DNA of 64,000 bases, from positions 64,001 through 128,000 of the forward strand of contig JAZDKJ010000005.1 in the NCBI GenBank assembly GCA_043803105.1, in the 5' to 3' direction. Made by a program: the position numbers and the translations under genes. Shown in pieces: positions 1 through 9,981 of this stretch. The notes beneath the pieces were generated by a model. The model was not told the origin of the DNA. It made no database searches and worked only from the letters and a program-made list of their open reading frames with translations. Position 1 is the first letter of the stretch. Every line of letters begins with the position of its first letter. This DNA is from Candidatus Woesearchaeota archaeon (GTDB lineage: Archaea; Nanobdellota; Nanobdellia; Woesearchaeales; JAZDKJ01).

Positions 1-488
1 AAGAAGGCCTGGTAAAGACAGTAGGGATTGGCCTTGGGATATCCAGAAAGAAAGGCATAGAGATATGCAACTTCATAAGAGGCAAATCGCTTGAACGAGC
101 AAAGAAAATCATGGACAATGTAATGGAGCAGAAAGAGGCAATACCTTACAGAAGGTTCAACAAAGACACAGGACACAAACCAGGGATAGGGCCAGGAAGA
201 TACCCAATAAAGACATGCAAGGAAATAAAAGTGTTGCTCGAGAGGCTCGAAGCAAGCGCAAACCAAAAAGGGCTTGAGACAAAATCACTCATAATAAGCC
301 ATATATCAGCACAGCAAGGCGGAAAGCAGTGGCACTACGGAAGACAGAGAAGGAGAATGCAGAAAAGGGCGCACATAGAAATCGTGGCGCAGGAAGCAAG
401 GAAGCAAGAGGCCCCGAAGCAAAAGAAGCCGGAAAAAAAGGCCATAGAAGCTAAGCCAGAGCACAAAAAAACCAAGGCTAACAAATGA
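1..488 (+). CDS. rpl22: 50S ribosomal protein uL22 (5' end outside window)
   Basis: Frame open from base 3 (…ICNFIRGKSLERAKKIM…); GRYPIK and HIEIV motifs; sits just before rps3. Confidence 0.95.
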   Translation, partial: EGLVKTVGIGLGISRKKGIEICNFIRGKSLERAKKIMDNVMEQKEAIPYRRFNKDTGHKPGIGPGRYPIKTCKEIKVLLERLEASANQKGLETKSLIISHISAQQGGKQWHYGRQRRRMQKRAHIEIVAQEARKQEAPKQKKPEKKAIEAKPEHKKTKANK

Positions 489-1228
489 TTGAGAAAAAAT
501 TCGTGGAACAAAAAATGAAGGAGCACCAGATTGAAGAATACATCAGCTCAAAACTCAAGAATGTGGGACATAGCCACACAAAGCTACAAAGGACCCCACT
601 TGGAGAAAAAATCATAATCTCAACATCACACCCAGGTTTAGTCGTCGGCAGGAAAGGCGACAACATCAAAGACCTAACAATAGCACTGAAAAACGAATTC
701 AAGCTAGAGAACCCGCAGCTCGAGATAAGCGAGGTAGAAAACCCGAACCTGGACGCAAGGATAGTGGCAGAAAGGATCGCTAGCACGCTAGAGAAATTTG
801 GGTCAAACAAGTTCAAGGGAGTAGGCCACAAGACAATGACTGATGTGCTCAACGCAGGAGCACTTGGGGTTGAGATACTCATATCAGGGAAGATACCTGG
901 GGCAAGGGCAAAGACATGGAGGTTCTATCAGGGTTACCTGAAGAAGTGTGGCGACATCGCAATAACCGGAGTGAAGGAAGCAAAGGTCTCTGCGCAGCTA
1001 AAATCAGGAACCATTGGCGTAAAAGTAAGGATAATGCCCCCTGACATCGTACTTCCGGACAGGATAAGACTAAGGACAGAGCAGCCACTCACAATAGAAG
1101 AAGGCAAGAAAGAGGAAATAAAAGAAGTAAAAGAAGTAAAAAAGCCAGAGGCAAAAAAGCCGAGAAGGCAGAGAAAGCAAGTAAATGAAAAGCAAAGAAC
1201 TAAAGCAGATGCAGAAGAGCGAGCTTGA
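485..1228 (+). CDS. rps3: 30S ribosomal protein uS3
   Basis: KH domain PGLVVGRKG; GALGVEILISGK; operon order. Confidence 0.97.
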   Translation: MIEKKFVEQKMKEHQIEEYISSKLKNVGHSHTKLQRTPLGEKIIISTSHPGLVVGRKGDNIKDLTIALKNEFKLENPQLEISEVENPNLDARIVAERIASTLEKFGSNKFKGVGHKTMTDVLNAGALGVEILISGKIPGARAKTWRFYQGYLKKCGDIAITGVKEAKVSAQLKSGTIGVKVRIMPPDIVLPDRIRLRTEQPLTIEEGKKEEIKEVKEVKKPEAKKPRRQRKQVNEKQRTKADAEERA

Positions 1229-1397
1229 AGCAAAGCTCTCTGAACTTAGAAAAGACCTTATGAAGCAGAACGCCCAGATAGCAACAGGAACAACCCCAAA
1301 AAGCCCTGGACAGATAAGAAATTCAAAGAGGACGATAGCCAGAATACTCACTCAACTCAATAGAGAACAAACCAAGGAGGTTGCAACCAAAGGATGA
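1185..1397 (+). CDS. rpl29: 50S ribosomal protein uL29
   Basis: 70 aa, KRTIARILT motif, follows rps3. Confidence 0.95.
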   Translation: MKSKELKQMQKSELEAKLSELRKDLMKQNAQIATGTTPKSPGQIRNSKRTIARILTQLNREQTKEVATKG

Positions 1398-1702
1398 AGG
1401 AAATATGTCCAAAATGTGGGCTGCCAAAAGAGCTGTGCGTATGTGAGACCATAGCCAAAGAGAACCAAAAAATCGTGGTGAAAGTGATACAAAAGAAGTT
1501 CGGGAAAACCTACACTGTGATCGAAGGAATAGACCCTAAGGAAATTGACTTAAAAGAGCTCATGAAAAAGCTCAAGAACCAATTCGCTTGCGGCGGAACC
1601 GTCAAGAAAGGGATAATCGAGCTTCAGGGAGATCACAAGCAAAAGGTACGCAAGGCACTCGTGCAGACAGGCTTTGCCCAAGGGACAATAGAAGTCCACT
1701 AG
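1394..1702 (+). CDS. Translation initiation factor SUI1/aIF1 homolog
   Basis: CPKCGLPKELCVCE; FACGGTVK; IELQGDH. Confidence 0.95.
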   Translation: MKEICPKCGLPKELCVCETIAKENQKIVVKVIQKKFGKTYTVIEGIDPKEIDLKELMKKLKNQFACGGTVKKGIIELQGDHKQKVRKALVQTGFAQGTIEVH

Positions 1703-1712
1703 GGGGCAGACG

Positions 1713-1961
1713 ATGAACGCAGCCACAAGAGAAATAATAGGAGCAAAAGCAAAAATCACAAGCTCAACAAACAAATCAACAGAAGGGATCCAAGGCATCA
1801 TAATCGACGAGACAAAAAACATGATCAGCATACGAACAATCAGCGGAGACAAGAAAATCATCAAGAAGGCAAGTGTATTCGAGATTGATGGGGAAAGAAT
1901 AAGCGGGGATGAACTCGTTGGAAGACCTGAAGAGAGGATAAAAAGATGGATACGAAAGTAA
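1713..1961 (+). CDS. rnp1: Ribonuclease P protein component 1 (Rpp29/Pop4 family)
   Basis: GIIIDETKNM and LVGRPEERIK motifs; conserved archaeal position. Confidence 0.9.
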   Translation: MNAATREIIGAKAKITSSTNKSTEGIQGIIIDETKNMISIRTISGDKKIIKKASVFEIDGERISGDELVGRPEERIKRWIRK

Positions 1962-2242
1962 AATGCGATGATCAAAACTGCCCAATCCACGGCAGATTAA
2001 GGACTCACGGGAAGACATTCATCGGAAAAGTCATCAAGACAGGAATGCAGAAAACAGCAACAGTAGAATGGACAAGGCTTCGAAAGGTCCAAAAGTACGA
2101 AAGGTATGAGAAAAAAAGGACAAGGATAAAGGTGCACAACAGCGCATGCATAAACGCAGCAACAGGAGACACTGTAAAGATAATGGAATCAAGGCCTATA
2201 TCAAAAACAAAGCACTTCGCGATAATTGAGAAGGTACAATGA
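1946..2242 (+). CDS. rps17: 30S ribosomal protein uS17
   Basis: CDDQNCPIHG; KYERYEK; RPISKTKHF. Confidence 0.97.
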   Translation: MDTKVKCDDQNCPIHGRLRTHGKTFIGKVIKTGMQKTATVEWTRLRKVQKYERYEKKRTRIKVHNSACINAATGDTVKIMESRPISKTKHFAIIEKVQ

Positions 2243-2640
2243 AAGCATCAAGATCATACATCACAAGGGCACTCCCGGTAGGATGCCAGGTAGAGACCTG
2301 CGACAATTCAGGGGCAAAGGTAATCAGGGTATTTAGCGCTGTCGGAATGAAGACAGTGCAGGGAAGAAAACCCAGCTGTGGGGTTGCGGACCTGGTCATG
2401 GCCTCGGTCAAGAAGGGAAGGCCAGACATGAGAAAACAGGTGGTGTACGCAATAATAGTCAGGCAGAAGAAGGAATTCAGGAGGCCTGACGGGATGCGGA
2501 TCAAGTTCGAAGACAACTCAGCAGTCGTGCTAAAGGATGAAAAGGGAAACCCAAAGGGCACGATATTCAAGGGAGCTATCGCAAAAGAGGTATGCGACAG
2601 ATGGCCTGCCATAGCAAAGATAGCAAACCTCATAGTATAA
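2239..2640 (+). CDS. rpl14: 50S ribosomal protein uL14
   Basis: DNSGAK; FEDNSAV; GNPKGT. Confidence 0.97.
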   Translation: MKASRSYITRALPVGCQVETCDNSGAKVIRVFSAVGMKTVQGRKPSCGVADLVMASVKKGRPDMRKQVVYAIIVRQKKEFRRPDGMRIKFEDNSAVVLKDEKGNPKGTIFKGAIAKEVCDRWPAIAKIANLIV

Positions 2641-2641
2641 A

Positions 2642-3025
2642 ATGAAAAAAAAATATTCATCAAGCTGGAAAGGGTCGAGCAAGGCAAGAAAGCAGAGAAA
2701 ATACAGGTTCAACGCACCACTGCACATAAAGCAGAAATTCATGAGCTCGCACCTGTCAAAGGAACTCAGGGCAAAACACAAACTGAGATCAGTGCAGCTA
2801 AGGAAAGGGGACAAGGTAAAGATCGCAAGAGGGCAATTCAAGAACAAGACAGGCAAAGTGGACAGAATCGACCTTAAGAGCGAGCGAGTATATATATCAA
2901 GCATCGAGATAATAAAAAAGGACGGAAGCAAAGTACTCTATCCATTGCACCCGTCAAACCTTGTGATCCAGGAACTGAACCTTGATGACAAGAAAAGAAA
3001 AGAAAAGCTAAAGGAAACAAAATGA
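2642..3025 (+). CDS. rpl24: 50S ribosomal protein uL24
   Basis: RKQRKYRFNAPLH; KOW motif RKGDKVKIARG; LHPSNL. Confidence 0.97.
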   Translation: MKKKYSSSWKGSSKARKQRKYRFNAPLHIKQKFMSSHLSKELRAKHKLRSVQLRKGDKVKIARGQFKNKTGKVDRIDLKSERVYISSIEIIKKDGSKVLYPLHPSNLVIQELNLDDKKRKEKLKETK

Positions 3026-3708
3026 GCAGGTATTTCAAGAGAATAACAGCACCAAGAAGCTGGAAGGTACAGCGGAAGACAAACGTGTTCCTCTTAAGGC
3101 CACACCCAGGAGCGCACTCACTGGAGAGGGGACTGCCCCTTGCCATAATACTTAGGGACTACCTCGGATACGCAAAGAACCTAAAAGAGGCAAAGATGAT
3201 ATTGCAGACAAAAAATGTGCTCGTCGACAATGAAAGAAGGAAGAGCGAACACTTCCTCGCCGGGCTCCTTGACGTAATAACAATCAAGGAAACCAAGGAG
3301 CACTTCAGGCTCATACTCAACAAGAAAGGACACCTCGAATTGCTCAAGATAGCAGACAAGGAAGCAGGCATCAAGCCAAAGAAGATACTTAACAAGACTG
3401 TAATAAAGAAAGGGGTGCTACAGCTGAACCTCTCTGACGGGACAAACCAGATAACAAAAGAGCAAGGCTACAAGACAGGAGACACCATATTGGTGGAGTT
3501 CCCGCAAAAGATAGTGGCACACTACAAGCTGGCAAACGAGGCGGCAGTGTACATCACAGGTGGAAAGCACCAGGGAGAAAGGGCAACAGTGGAAGGAATA
3601 AGCGAACACGGAATCATGTGCAAGACTGAGCACGCCAATTATGTGGCACAAAAAAAGCATGTGTTTGTCATAGGTGACAAGCAGCCATGCATCACGCTAG
3701 GCAAGTAA
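3022..3708 (+). CDS. rps4e: 30S ribosomal protein eS4
   Basis: KRITAPRSW; PGAH; ITGGKHQG. Confidence 0.96.
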   Translation: MSRYFKRITAPRSWKVQRKTNVFLLRPHPGAHSLERGLPLAIILRDYLGYAKNLKEAKMILQTKNVLVDNERRKSEHFLAGLLDVITIKETKEHFRLILNKKGHLELLKIADKEAGIKPKKILNKTVIKKGVLQLNLSDGTNQITKEQGYKTGDTILVEFPQKIVAHYKLANEAAVYITGGKHQGERATVEGISEHGIMCKTEHANYVAQKKHVFVIGDKQPCITLGK

Positions 3709-3710
3709 TC

Positions 3711-4226
3711 ATGAACCAGATGCAACAAGTTAAACTGGAGAAAATAACCCTAAATATAGGTGCGGGAAAAGACCAGAAAAAGCTAGAGCTTGGACTAAAG
3801 CTACTCAAGAAAATCACTGAGATAGAGCCTGTAAGGACAGTAACCAACAAGAGGATCCCAAACTGGGGACTAAGGCCAGGCCTTCCAATAGGATGTAAGA
3901 TAACATTGCGAAAGGCAGCTGCACTTGAAACACTAAAAAGGCTGCTTGAGGCAAAAGAGGGAAGGCTGCGGGAAAGCCAGTTCGACCAGAACGGCAACAT
4001 TGCATTTGGGTTACCAGAATACATAGACATACCAGGGGTAGGATACGACCCAGAAATTGGCGTCCTTGGCCTAGAGGTATGCGTCACACTGGAAAAGCCG
4101 GGCTTTCGGATAAAGAAAAGGAGGCTCCTAAAGAGGAAAATCCCTCCAAAGCACCGGATAAGCAGGGATGAGGCAATCAATTTCATGAAAAACAACTTCA
4201 AGGTAAGTCTAGGAGAGGAAGAATGA
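3711..4226 (+). CDS. rpl5: 50S ribosomal protein uL5
   Basis: KITLNIGAG; PIGCKITLR; FDQNGN; ATG at 3711 after the rps4e stop. Confidence 0.96.
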   Translation: MNQMQQVKLEKITLNIGAGKDQKKLELGLKLLKKITEIEPVRTVTNKRIPNWGLRPGLPIGCKITLRKAAALETLKRLLEAKEGRLRESQFDQNGNIAFGLPEYIDIPGVGYDPEIGVLGLEVCVTLEKPGFRIKKRRLLKRKIPPKHRISRDEAINFMKNNFKVSLGEEE

Positions 4227-4453
4227 CAACAAGCGACTATCACAAGGTATTCAAGCAGCTAAAGGCAAAACCCTTCAAGCTGCAAAAATTCATGAAGCAC
4301 AATGCGCCAAAGAAAAGGACAATGGGCGTGGCAACAAGGCACTGCAGGAGATGCGGCAGAAACAAGGCACACATCGACAGCTACGGATTGAACTTGTGCA
4401 GGCAGTGCTTTAGGGAAGTGGCAACGCAAATCGGATTCAAGAAGTTCAGCTAA
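4223..4453 (+). CDS. rps14: 30S ribosomal protein uS14
   Basis: CRRC…LCRQCFRE zinc finger. Confidence 0.96.
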   Translation: MTTSDYHKVFKQLKAKPFKLQKFMKHNAPKKRTMGVATRHCRRCGRNKAHIDSYGLNLCRQCFREVATQIGFKKFS

Positions 4454-4454
4454 A

Positions 4455-4847
4455 ATGACACTAAACGACCCAGTAGCAAACGCATTATCAGTTGTAGAGC
4501 ACCAGGAAAGGATAGGCGGCACATCATGCAAGATAAAGCCGGCATCAAACCTGATAAAACAGATACTAAAGATCCTCGCAGACGAACACTATACCGGAAG
4601 CTTCACTGAGATAAAAGACCGGAAGGGCAATGTCATAAAGCTTACCCTCACAGGAGCAATAAACAGCTGCGGGGTTGTGAAGCCCAGGTTTGCGTTGAAG
4701 AGCATAGACTACGAAAAATTCGAAAAAAGATACCTGCCTGCAAAGGGCATGGGAATACTGATTGTGTCCACAAGCAAGGGAATGATGACAAACACCCAGG
4801 CAAAGGAAAAAAAGCTTGGCGGAAAACTCATTGCCTACTGCTACTGA
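4455..4847 (+). CDS. rps8: 30S ribosomal protein uS8
   Basis: NDPVANAL; IVSTSKG; GGKLIAYCY. Confidence 0.97.
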   Translation: MTLNDPVANALSVVEHQERIGGTSCKIKPASNLIKQILKILADEHYTGSFTEIKDRKGNVIKLTLTGAINSCGVVKPRFALKSIDYEKFEKRYLPAKGMGILIVSTSKGMMTNTQAKEKKLGGKLIAYCY

Positions 4848-4848
4848 A

Positions 4849-5391
4849 ATGAACCAGACAACAGAAAAACTGCAGATACCAGAGGGAATAAAGGTAACAG
4901 TAGAGGGCAATTCAGTAAAGGTAGCGGGCAAACATGGCATGGTGGAGAGAAGGATAGAAGATCCAAGGATAACAATCAAACTTGAAGCCAACAGCATCGT
5001 AATCTCTGCAGATCGAACAACAAAAAGAGAAAGGACAAAGATAGGCACATGGAGGGCGCATTTAGCCAACATGTTAAGGGGGGCAGAGTCAGGCCACACC
5101 TACACACTCAAGATATGCTCAGGACACTTCCCAATGAACGTGTCAACAACAGAAAAAGAATTCACAATCAAGAACTTCCTAGGAGAGAAGGTACCAAGGA
5201 AGCTTGGCCTAAAAGAAGGGGCTAAAGTGAAGATAGAAGGAGACCTTGTGCGCATAGAGAGCACAAGCAAGGAATTAGCAGGACAGACAGCAGCAGACAT
5301 AGAGCAGATGTGTAAAATTAGGGGAAGGGACTCCAGGATATTCCAGGATGGGATATGGATCATAGAGAAAGACGGCAAACCACTCAAATGA
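4849..5391 (+). CDS. rpl6: 50S ribosomal protein uL6
   Basis: HFPM; NFLGEK; DSRIFQDGIWI. Confidence 0.96.
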   Translation: MNQTTEKLQIPEGIKVTVEGNSVKVAGKHGMVERRIEDPRITIKLEANSIVISADRTTKRERTKIGTWRAHLANMLRGAESGHTYTLKICSGHFPMNVSTTEKEFTIKNFLGEKVPRKLGLKEGAKVKIEGDLVRIESTSKELAGQTAADIEQMCKIRGRDSRIFQDGIWIIEKDGKPLK

Positions 5392-5993
5392 ACTCATTAC
5401 TACAGGCAAGAAGACAACTGAAGAAAAAAAAGCCAGACTTCATAATGCAGGACAAGCACAAGAAGGCAAGGCTAAAGACAGCCTGGAGAAAGCCAAAGGG
5501 CTCAGACTCAAAAATGCGAGTCGGCTTTAGGGGATACAGAAGGTCGGTGGAGATAGGATGGGGTTCGCCAAAAGAGGTTAAGCATCTGCACCCAACAGGA
5601 TTAAGACCTGTGGTTGTCCAGAATGCCAAGGGCTTGGAGAAACTCGACAGCAAAACCGACGGGATAATAATCGGCAGCAGTGTGGGCACAAGAAAGAGGG
5701 TTGAGATAATAACCGAGGCAATCAAGAAAAACCTGAGAATACTCAACATCAAGGACCCAAGGCAATTCTTGGAAGAGACGAACAAGAGACTGCAGGCAAA
5801 AGTAGAAGAGAAGAAACAGCAGACAAAGGAAAAGGAAGAGAAAGACAAGGAAAAGAAAGCTGCAGCACAGAAGAAGGAGACAGAAAAGAAAAAAGAAGAG
5901 CCAAAGGACGAACTGGCTGAAAAAGTAGAGGAAGAAGAAAAGAAAAAACAAGAAAAAGAAGAAAAAGACAAGATACTCATCAGGAAAACATGA
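5388..5993 (+). CDS. rpl32e: 50S ribosomal protein eL32 with long K/E-rich C-terminal extension
   Basis: WRKPKGSDSKMR; HPTG; operon order. Confidence 0.93.
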   Translation: MNSLLQARRQLKKKKPDFIMQDKHKKARLKTAWRKPKGSDSKMRVGFRGYRRSVEIGWGSPKEVKHLHPTGLRPVVVQNAKGLEKLDSKTDGIIIGSSVGTRKRVEIITEAIKKNLRILNIKDPRQFLEETNKRLQAKVEEKKQQTKEKEEKDKEKKAAAQKKETEKKKEEPKDELAEKVEEEEKKKQEKEEKDKILIRKT

Positions 5994-6433
5994 CAAACGC
6001 AATGCAAAAACGGCTAGCAGCACAAGTGATGAAGTGCTCACCCAACAGGGTTAGGTTTGACACTGAGAAACTTGACGAGATAAAGCAGGCAATAACCAAG
6101 CATGACATACGAGGATTGGTAAGCGGGGGAGCAATATACGAAAAGCCGGAGAGGGGAGTTTCAAGGTCAAGGGCGAGATTCGCGCACAAACAGAGAACCA
6201 AGGGAAGGCGTAAGGGAGTCGGAACAAGGAAGGGATCGAAGAACGCAAGGCTCAACCAGAAAAGGGTATGGATAGAGAAAATCCGGGCACAAAAGGCATT
6301 GCTCCTAACATTAAAGGAAAACAAGACTATCACACCACAACTTTACAGAAGGCTGTACATGAGCGCGAAAGGAGGATTCTTCAGAAGCGTGAGGCACATT
6401 AAACTCTACATCAACGAGCAAATCAAAAAATGA
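5990..6433 (+). CDS. rpl19e: 50S ribosomal protein eL19
   Basis: QKRLAA; GRRKGVGTRKG; YMSAKGGFF. Confidence 0.96.
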   Translation: MTNAMQKRLAAQVMKCSPNRVRFDTEKLDEIKQAITKHDIRGLVSGGAIYEKPERGVSRSRARFAHKQRTKGRRKGVGTRKGSKNARLNQKRVWIEKIRAQKALLLTLKENKTITPQLYRRLYMSAKGGFFRSVRHIKLYINEQIKK

Positions 6434-7011
6434 AAACACGAAGCATGCCATACAGGAGAAAGTTTGAAGGCAGAACCAACTACAAGAAAAGACTAAAGCT
6501 CCTGTTGTCAAACAAGCCCAGGCTGGTGATACGCAAATCCAACAAGCACATATCACTGCAGCTAATAGACTACACACCAGAGGGCGATGTGGTGATTGCG
6601 CAGGCGCACTCAGGGCAACTAAAAAAATACGGAATCGACACAAGCAAGAACAACATACCAAGCGCATACCTCACAGGAATGCTCCTTGGCAAGATGGCAA
6701 AAGCAAAGAAAATCAAGGAAGCGGTGCTTGACATCGGGCTGTACAGCTCAACAAAGGGATCGAGGCTTTATGCAGCACTGAAAGGGGCGATGGATGCAGG
6801 CCTTTACGTTATGCACTCAGAAGAGATCCTGCCCAGCAAGGAAAGAATAGCAGGTAACCACATGCAGGAACACGCAAAAGCCATATCAAAACAAGCAGAA
6901 AAATACGCAAAATACTACAGCAATTACCTAAAACAAAAGGTGGAAGCTTTACAAATCACGCAATACTTCAACACAGCAAGGGAGAAAATACAAAATGAAA
7001 CCAACAAATGA
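6430..7011 (+). CDS. rpl18: 50S ribosomal protein uL18
   Basis: EGRTNYKKRL; SAYLTG; AVLDIG. Confidence 0.96.
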   Translation: MKTRSMPYRRKFEGRTNYKKRLKLLLSNKPRLVIRKSNKHISLQLIDYTPEGDVVIAQAHSGQLKKYGIDTSKNNIPSAYLTGMLLGKMAKAKKIKEAVLDIGLYSSTKGSRLYAALKGAMDAGLYVMHSEEILPSKERIAGNHMQEHAKAISKQAEKYAKYYSNYLKQKVEALQITQYFNTAREKIQNETNK

Positions 7012-7747
7012 GCCGGCTGAGGAAAGGCGAGAGCAGCCAAAGGTAGAAATCTGGCAGCCGAGAACTGAACTTGGAAGAGCAGTAAAGGACGGCAAGCTCA
7101 CAAAGATAGATGAAATCCTTGACAGCGGAAGGAAGATACTCGAAAAAGAAATAGTTGACGCACTTCTCCCGAACCTGGAATCAGACTTGCTACTCATTGG
7201 ACAATCAAGGGGAAAATTCGGAGGGGGCAAGAGAAGGGTCTTTCGCCAGACCCAGAAGAAAACAAAGGAAGGAAACAAGCCACACTTCGCAACACTTGCT
7301 GTAGTCGGAAACAGAAACGGCTACGTAGGCGTGGGTTATGGAAAAGCAAAAGAGACAGTGCCTGCAAGGGAAAAGGCGATAAGGAGGGCAAAGCTCAACC
7401 TCATAAAAATCCGCAGGGGCTGCGGAAGCTGGCAGTGCGGATGCGGAAAGCCACACTCATTACCCTTCAGCATAGAAGGAAAGTGCGGGTCAGTAGAGAT
7501 AAAACTCATGCCTGCACCAAAGGGCAAGGGGCTGTGCACAGAGAGGGAAGTGCAGAAAATACTTGCCTTAGCAGGAATCAAAGATGCATGGTCGCAGACA
7601 GAGGGGCAGACAAGAAAAAAGATGAACCTTGTGGAAGCGTGCATGAAAGCATTAAAGAAACTCACACAGACAAAGATGAGACCAGAAGAAAGGTCAAACC
7701 TATCAGTGGTTGACGGAGAGGAAAAACCGGCTGAGGCAAAAGAATGA
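6995..7747 (+). CDS. rps5: 30S ribosomal protein uS5
   Basis: WQPRTELG; VGNRNGYVGVG; RRGCGSWQC. Confidence 0.97.
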   Translation: MKPTNEPAEERREQPKVEIWQPRTELGRAVKDGKLTKIDEILDSGRKILEKEIVDALLPNLESDLLLIGQSRGKFGGGKRRVFRQTQKKTKEGNKPHFATLAVVGNRNGYVGVGYGKAKETVPAREKAIRRAKLNLIKIRRGCGSWQCGCGKPHSLPFSIEGKCGSVEIKLMPAPKGKGLCTEREVQKILALAGIKDAWSQTEGQTRKKMNLVEACMKALKKLTQTKMRPEERSNLSVVDGEEKPAEAKE

Positions 7748-8148
7748 TCGCAGCAATAAGGATAAGGGGGTCAGAGGGGATACACCGTAGCGTACAAGAC
7801 ACGCTCGAACTCTTGCACCTGCACAAAAAGAATTTCTGCGCGATAATACAGAAAAAGCCGTCAAGCATAGGAATGCTCAGAAAAGCAAAAGACTACATCA
7901 CCTGGGGAGAGATAGACGATAACACCATAAAGATACTATATGAAAAAAGGGGAGAAGAATACAAGGGAAACCCGGAAAGGAAAACAAAGTACATCACAGT
8001 AAACGGAAAAAAACTGAAACCATTCTTCAGGCTCCACCCACCAAGAGGGGGTTTTGAGAGAGCGGGAATAAAGCAGCCCTACACACTTGGGGGTGCTTTA
8101 GGACAGAGAAAAGATGGAATCAGCAAGCTCATACAAAAGATGATCTAG
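7744..8148 (+). CDS. rpl30: 50S ribosomal protein uL30
   Basis: AIRIRG; KDYITWGE; FRLHPPRGG. Confidence 0.96.
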   Translation: MIAAIRIRGSEGIHRSVQDTLELLHLHKKNFCAIIQKKPSSIGMLRKAKDYITWGEIDDNTIKILYEKRGEEYKGNPERKTKYITVNGKKLKPFFRLHPPRGGFERAGIKQPYTLGGALGQRKDGISKLIQKMI

Positions 8149-8149
8149 G

Positions 8150-8560
8150 ATGACAATAAACAAAAGAAAAAAGAACTCAAGGCAGCGCGGAAGCATGAGC
8201 CATGGCTGGGGAGCAAAGAAAAAGCACAGGGGGGCAGGAAACCGCGGCGGAAGGGGCATGGCGGGCACTGGCAAAAGAGGGGACCAGAAAAAGATAAGCA
8301 TACTCAAGATAAAGAACTACTTCGGAAAGCACGGATTCAAGATCAAGGGAAACAGACCAACAATCACAGCGATAAACGTCGAAGAGCTGAACAGGTTTGG
8401 CAAAGAGACAATCAACCTCACAGAGTTAGGGTATAACAAGCTACTTGGAAATGGAAGGCCGGGCAAGAAGTACAACATAACTGTCGAATCATGCTCTGAA
8501 AAGGCAAAACAGAAAATCGAGGAAGCTGGTGGCAAGGTCAACACACCGGCAAAGGCCTGA
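8150..8560 (+). CDS. rpl15: 50S ribosomal protein uL15
   Basis: HGWG; GNRGGRGMAG; KIEEAGG. Confidence 0.96.
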   Translation: MTINKRKKNSRQRGSMSHGWGAKKKHRGAGNRGGRGMAGTGKRGDQKKISILKIKNYFGKHGFKIKGNRPTITAINVEELNRFGKETINLTELGYNKLLGNGRPGKKYNITVESCSEKAKQKIEEAGGKVNTPAKA

Positions 8561-9948
8561 TGGGAATCTGGAACGACATACTTTCAAACCTTCCTGAGGT
8601 AGCAGGGCCAACACAGAAAAAACTGTCATTCAAGGAAAAACTTAAGTGGACCGGAATCACGCTACTATTATTCTTTGTCCTCGGATATGTACCATTGTTC
8701 GGACTCGGGAAGAATGCACTGCAGCAGTTCGAGTACCTTTCGGTCATCCTTGGAGCAAAATTCGGGTCACTAATCTCGCTAGGCATAGGGCCGATAGTGA
8801 CAGGATCAATAGTGCTGCAACTACTTAACGGCTCGGGGATAGTCAAGTTCGACCTGACAACGCATGAGGGAAAAAAGACATTCCAGGGAGTGCAAAAACT
8901 ATTGTCAATATTCTTTGTCATATTCGAAGGGGCAATCTACGTGTTCATGGGAGGGCTTGCACCACCGCCAGAAATGGCTGGCACAAGCATGTATCTCTGG
9001 GTGCAGTTGTTGCTGGTATTCCAGCTCTTTGTGGGCGGAATACTCATACTATTCATGGATGAGGTTGTTAGCAAATGGGGATTTGGTTCAGGAATATCAC
9101 TCTTCATAGCAGCAGGAGTTTCTGAGACAATATTCATAAGGGCATTCTCGCCACTGGCAAGCCCGACAAACCCGAGCGTGGCAGTAGGTGCAATACCAGC
9201 ACTATTCCAGTCATTATCAGCAGGAGACCCTGTGACAGCAGGATTGATGTTAGCGGCAGTGATATCAACAATACTTGTCTTTGTGGTTGCGGTATACATC
9301 CAGGCAATGAAGATAGAAATACCGCTAAGCTTCGGAAGGATAAGAGGCCACGGAATAAGGTGGCCACTAAGCTTTGTATACACAAGCAACATCCCGGTAA
9401 TACTCGTGGCAGCGCTTCTCGCGAACATCCAACTATGGGCAAGGCTACTACAGAACTTCGGCTATCCGCTGCTTGGAACCTTTGTAGGAAACAACCCGGC
9501 AACAGGGCTCGTGGCATGGATAAACTCACCAAACATAGTGGGAAACCTAATCAAGGGAAGCATAAGCTTTGCAGACATCTGGCATTCGGGAATATACCTA
9601 TTGATTTTCATGGCGGGATGCGTGGTGTTCTCGCTATTCTGGGTACAGACATCAGGCATGGACGCAAGATCACAGGCCAAACAGATAATGGCATCAGGAC
9701 TGCAGATACCAGGATTCAGGAAAGACGAGAGAGTGCTTGAAAGGCTGCTTGACAGGTACATTGGGCCATTGACGGTCATGGGAGCAATAGCAGTAGGATT
9801 CCTCGCAGCGCTCGCAGACCTCACAGGAGCGCTTACAAGCGGAACAGGACTTTTGTTGACAGTAATGATAGTGTACAGGCTTTACGAAGAAATTTCAAAA
9901 CAGCACATGATGGACATGAACCCTATGCTAAGGAAGTTCATAGAATAA
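8560..9948 (+). CDS. secY: Preprotein translocase subunit SecY
   Basis: Multi-TM; LGIGPIVT; GSGISLFIAAG; YTSNIP; IPGFR. Confidence 0.98.
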   Translation: MGIWNDILSNLPEVAGPTQKKLSFKEKLKWTGITLLLFFVLGYVPLFGLGKNALQQFEYLSVILGAKFGSLISLGIGPIVTGSIVLQLLNGSGIVKFDLTTHEGKKTFQGVQKLLSIFFVIFEGAIYVFMGGLAPPPEMAGTSMYLWVQLLLVFQLFVGGILILFMDEVVSKWGFGSGISLFIAAGVSETIFIRAFSPLASPTNPSVAVGAIPALFQSLSAGDPVTAGLMLAAVISTILVFVVAVYIQAMKIEIPLSFGRIRGHGIRWPLSFVYTSNIPVILVAALLANIQLWARLLQNFGYPLLGTFVGNNPATGLVAWINSPNIVGNLIKGSISFADIWHSGIYLLIFMAGCVVFSLFWVQTSGMDARSQAKQIMASGLQIPGFRKDERVLERLLDRYIGPLTVMGAIAVGFLAALADLTGALTSGTGLLLTVMIVYRLYEEISKQHMMDMNPMLRKFIE

Positions 9949-9981
9949 AGATTTAAATATACGGAGGATTCATAAAAAAGA

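Noticed and set aside
335-9824. Numerous long antisense ORFs over the r-protein operon and elsewhere
   Set aside because: They are shadows of T-poor, A-rich coding strands and give F/L/S-rich products with no motifs.
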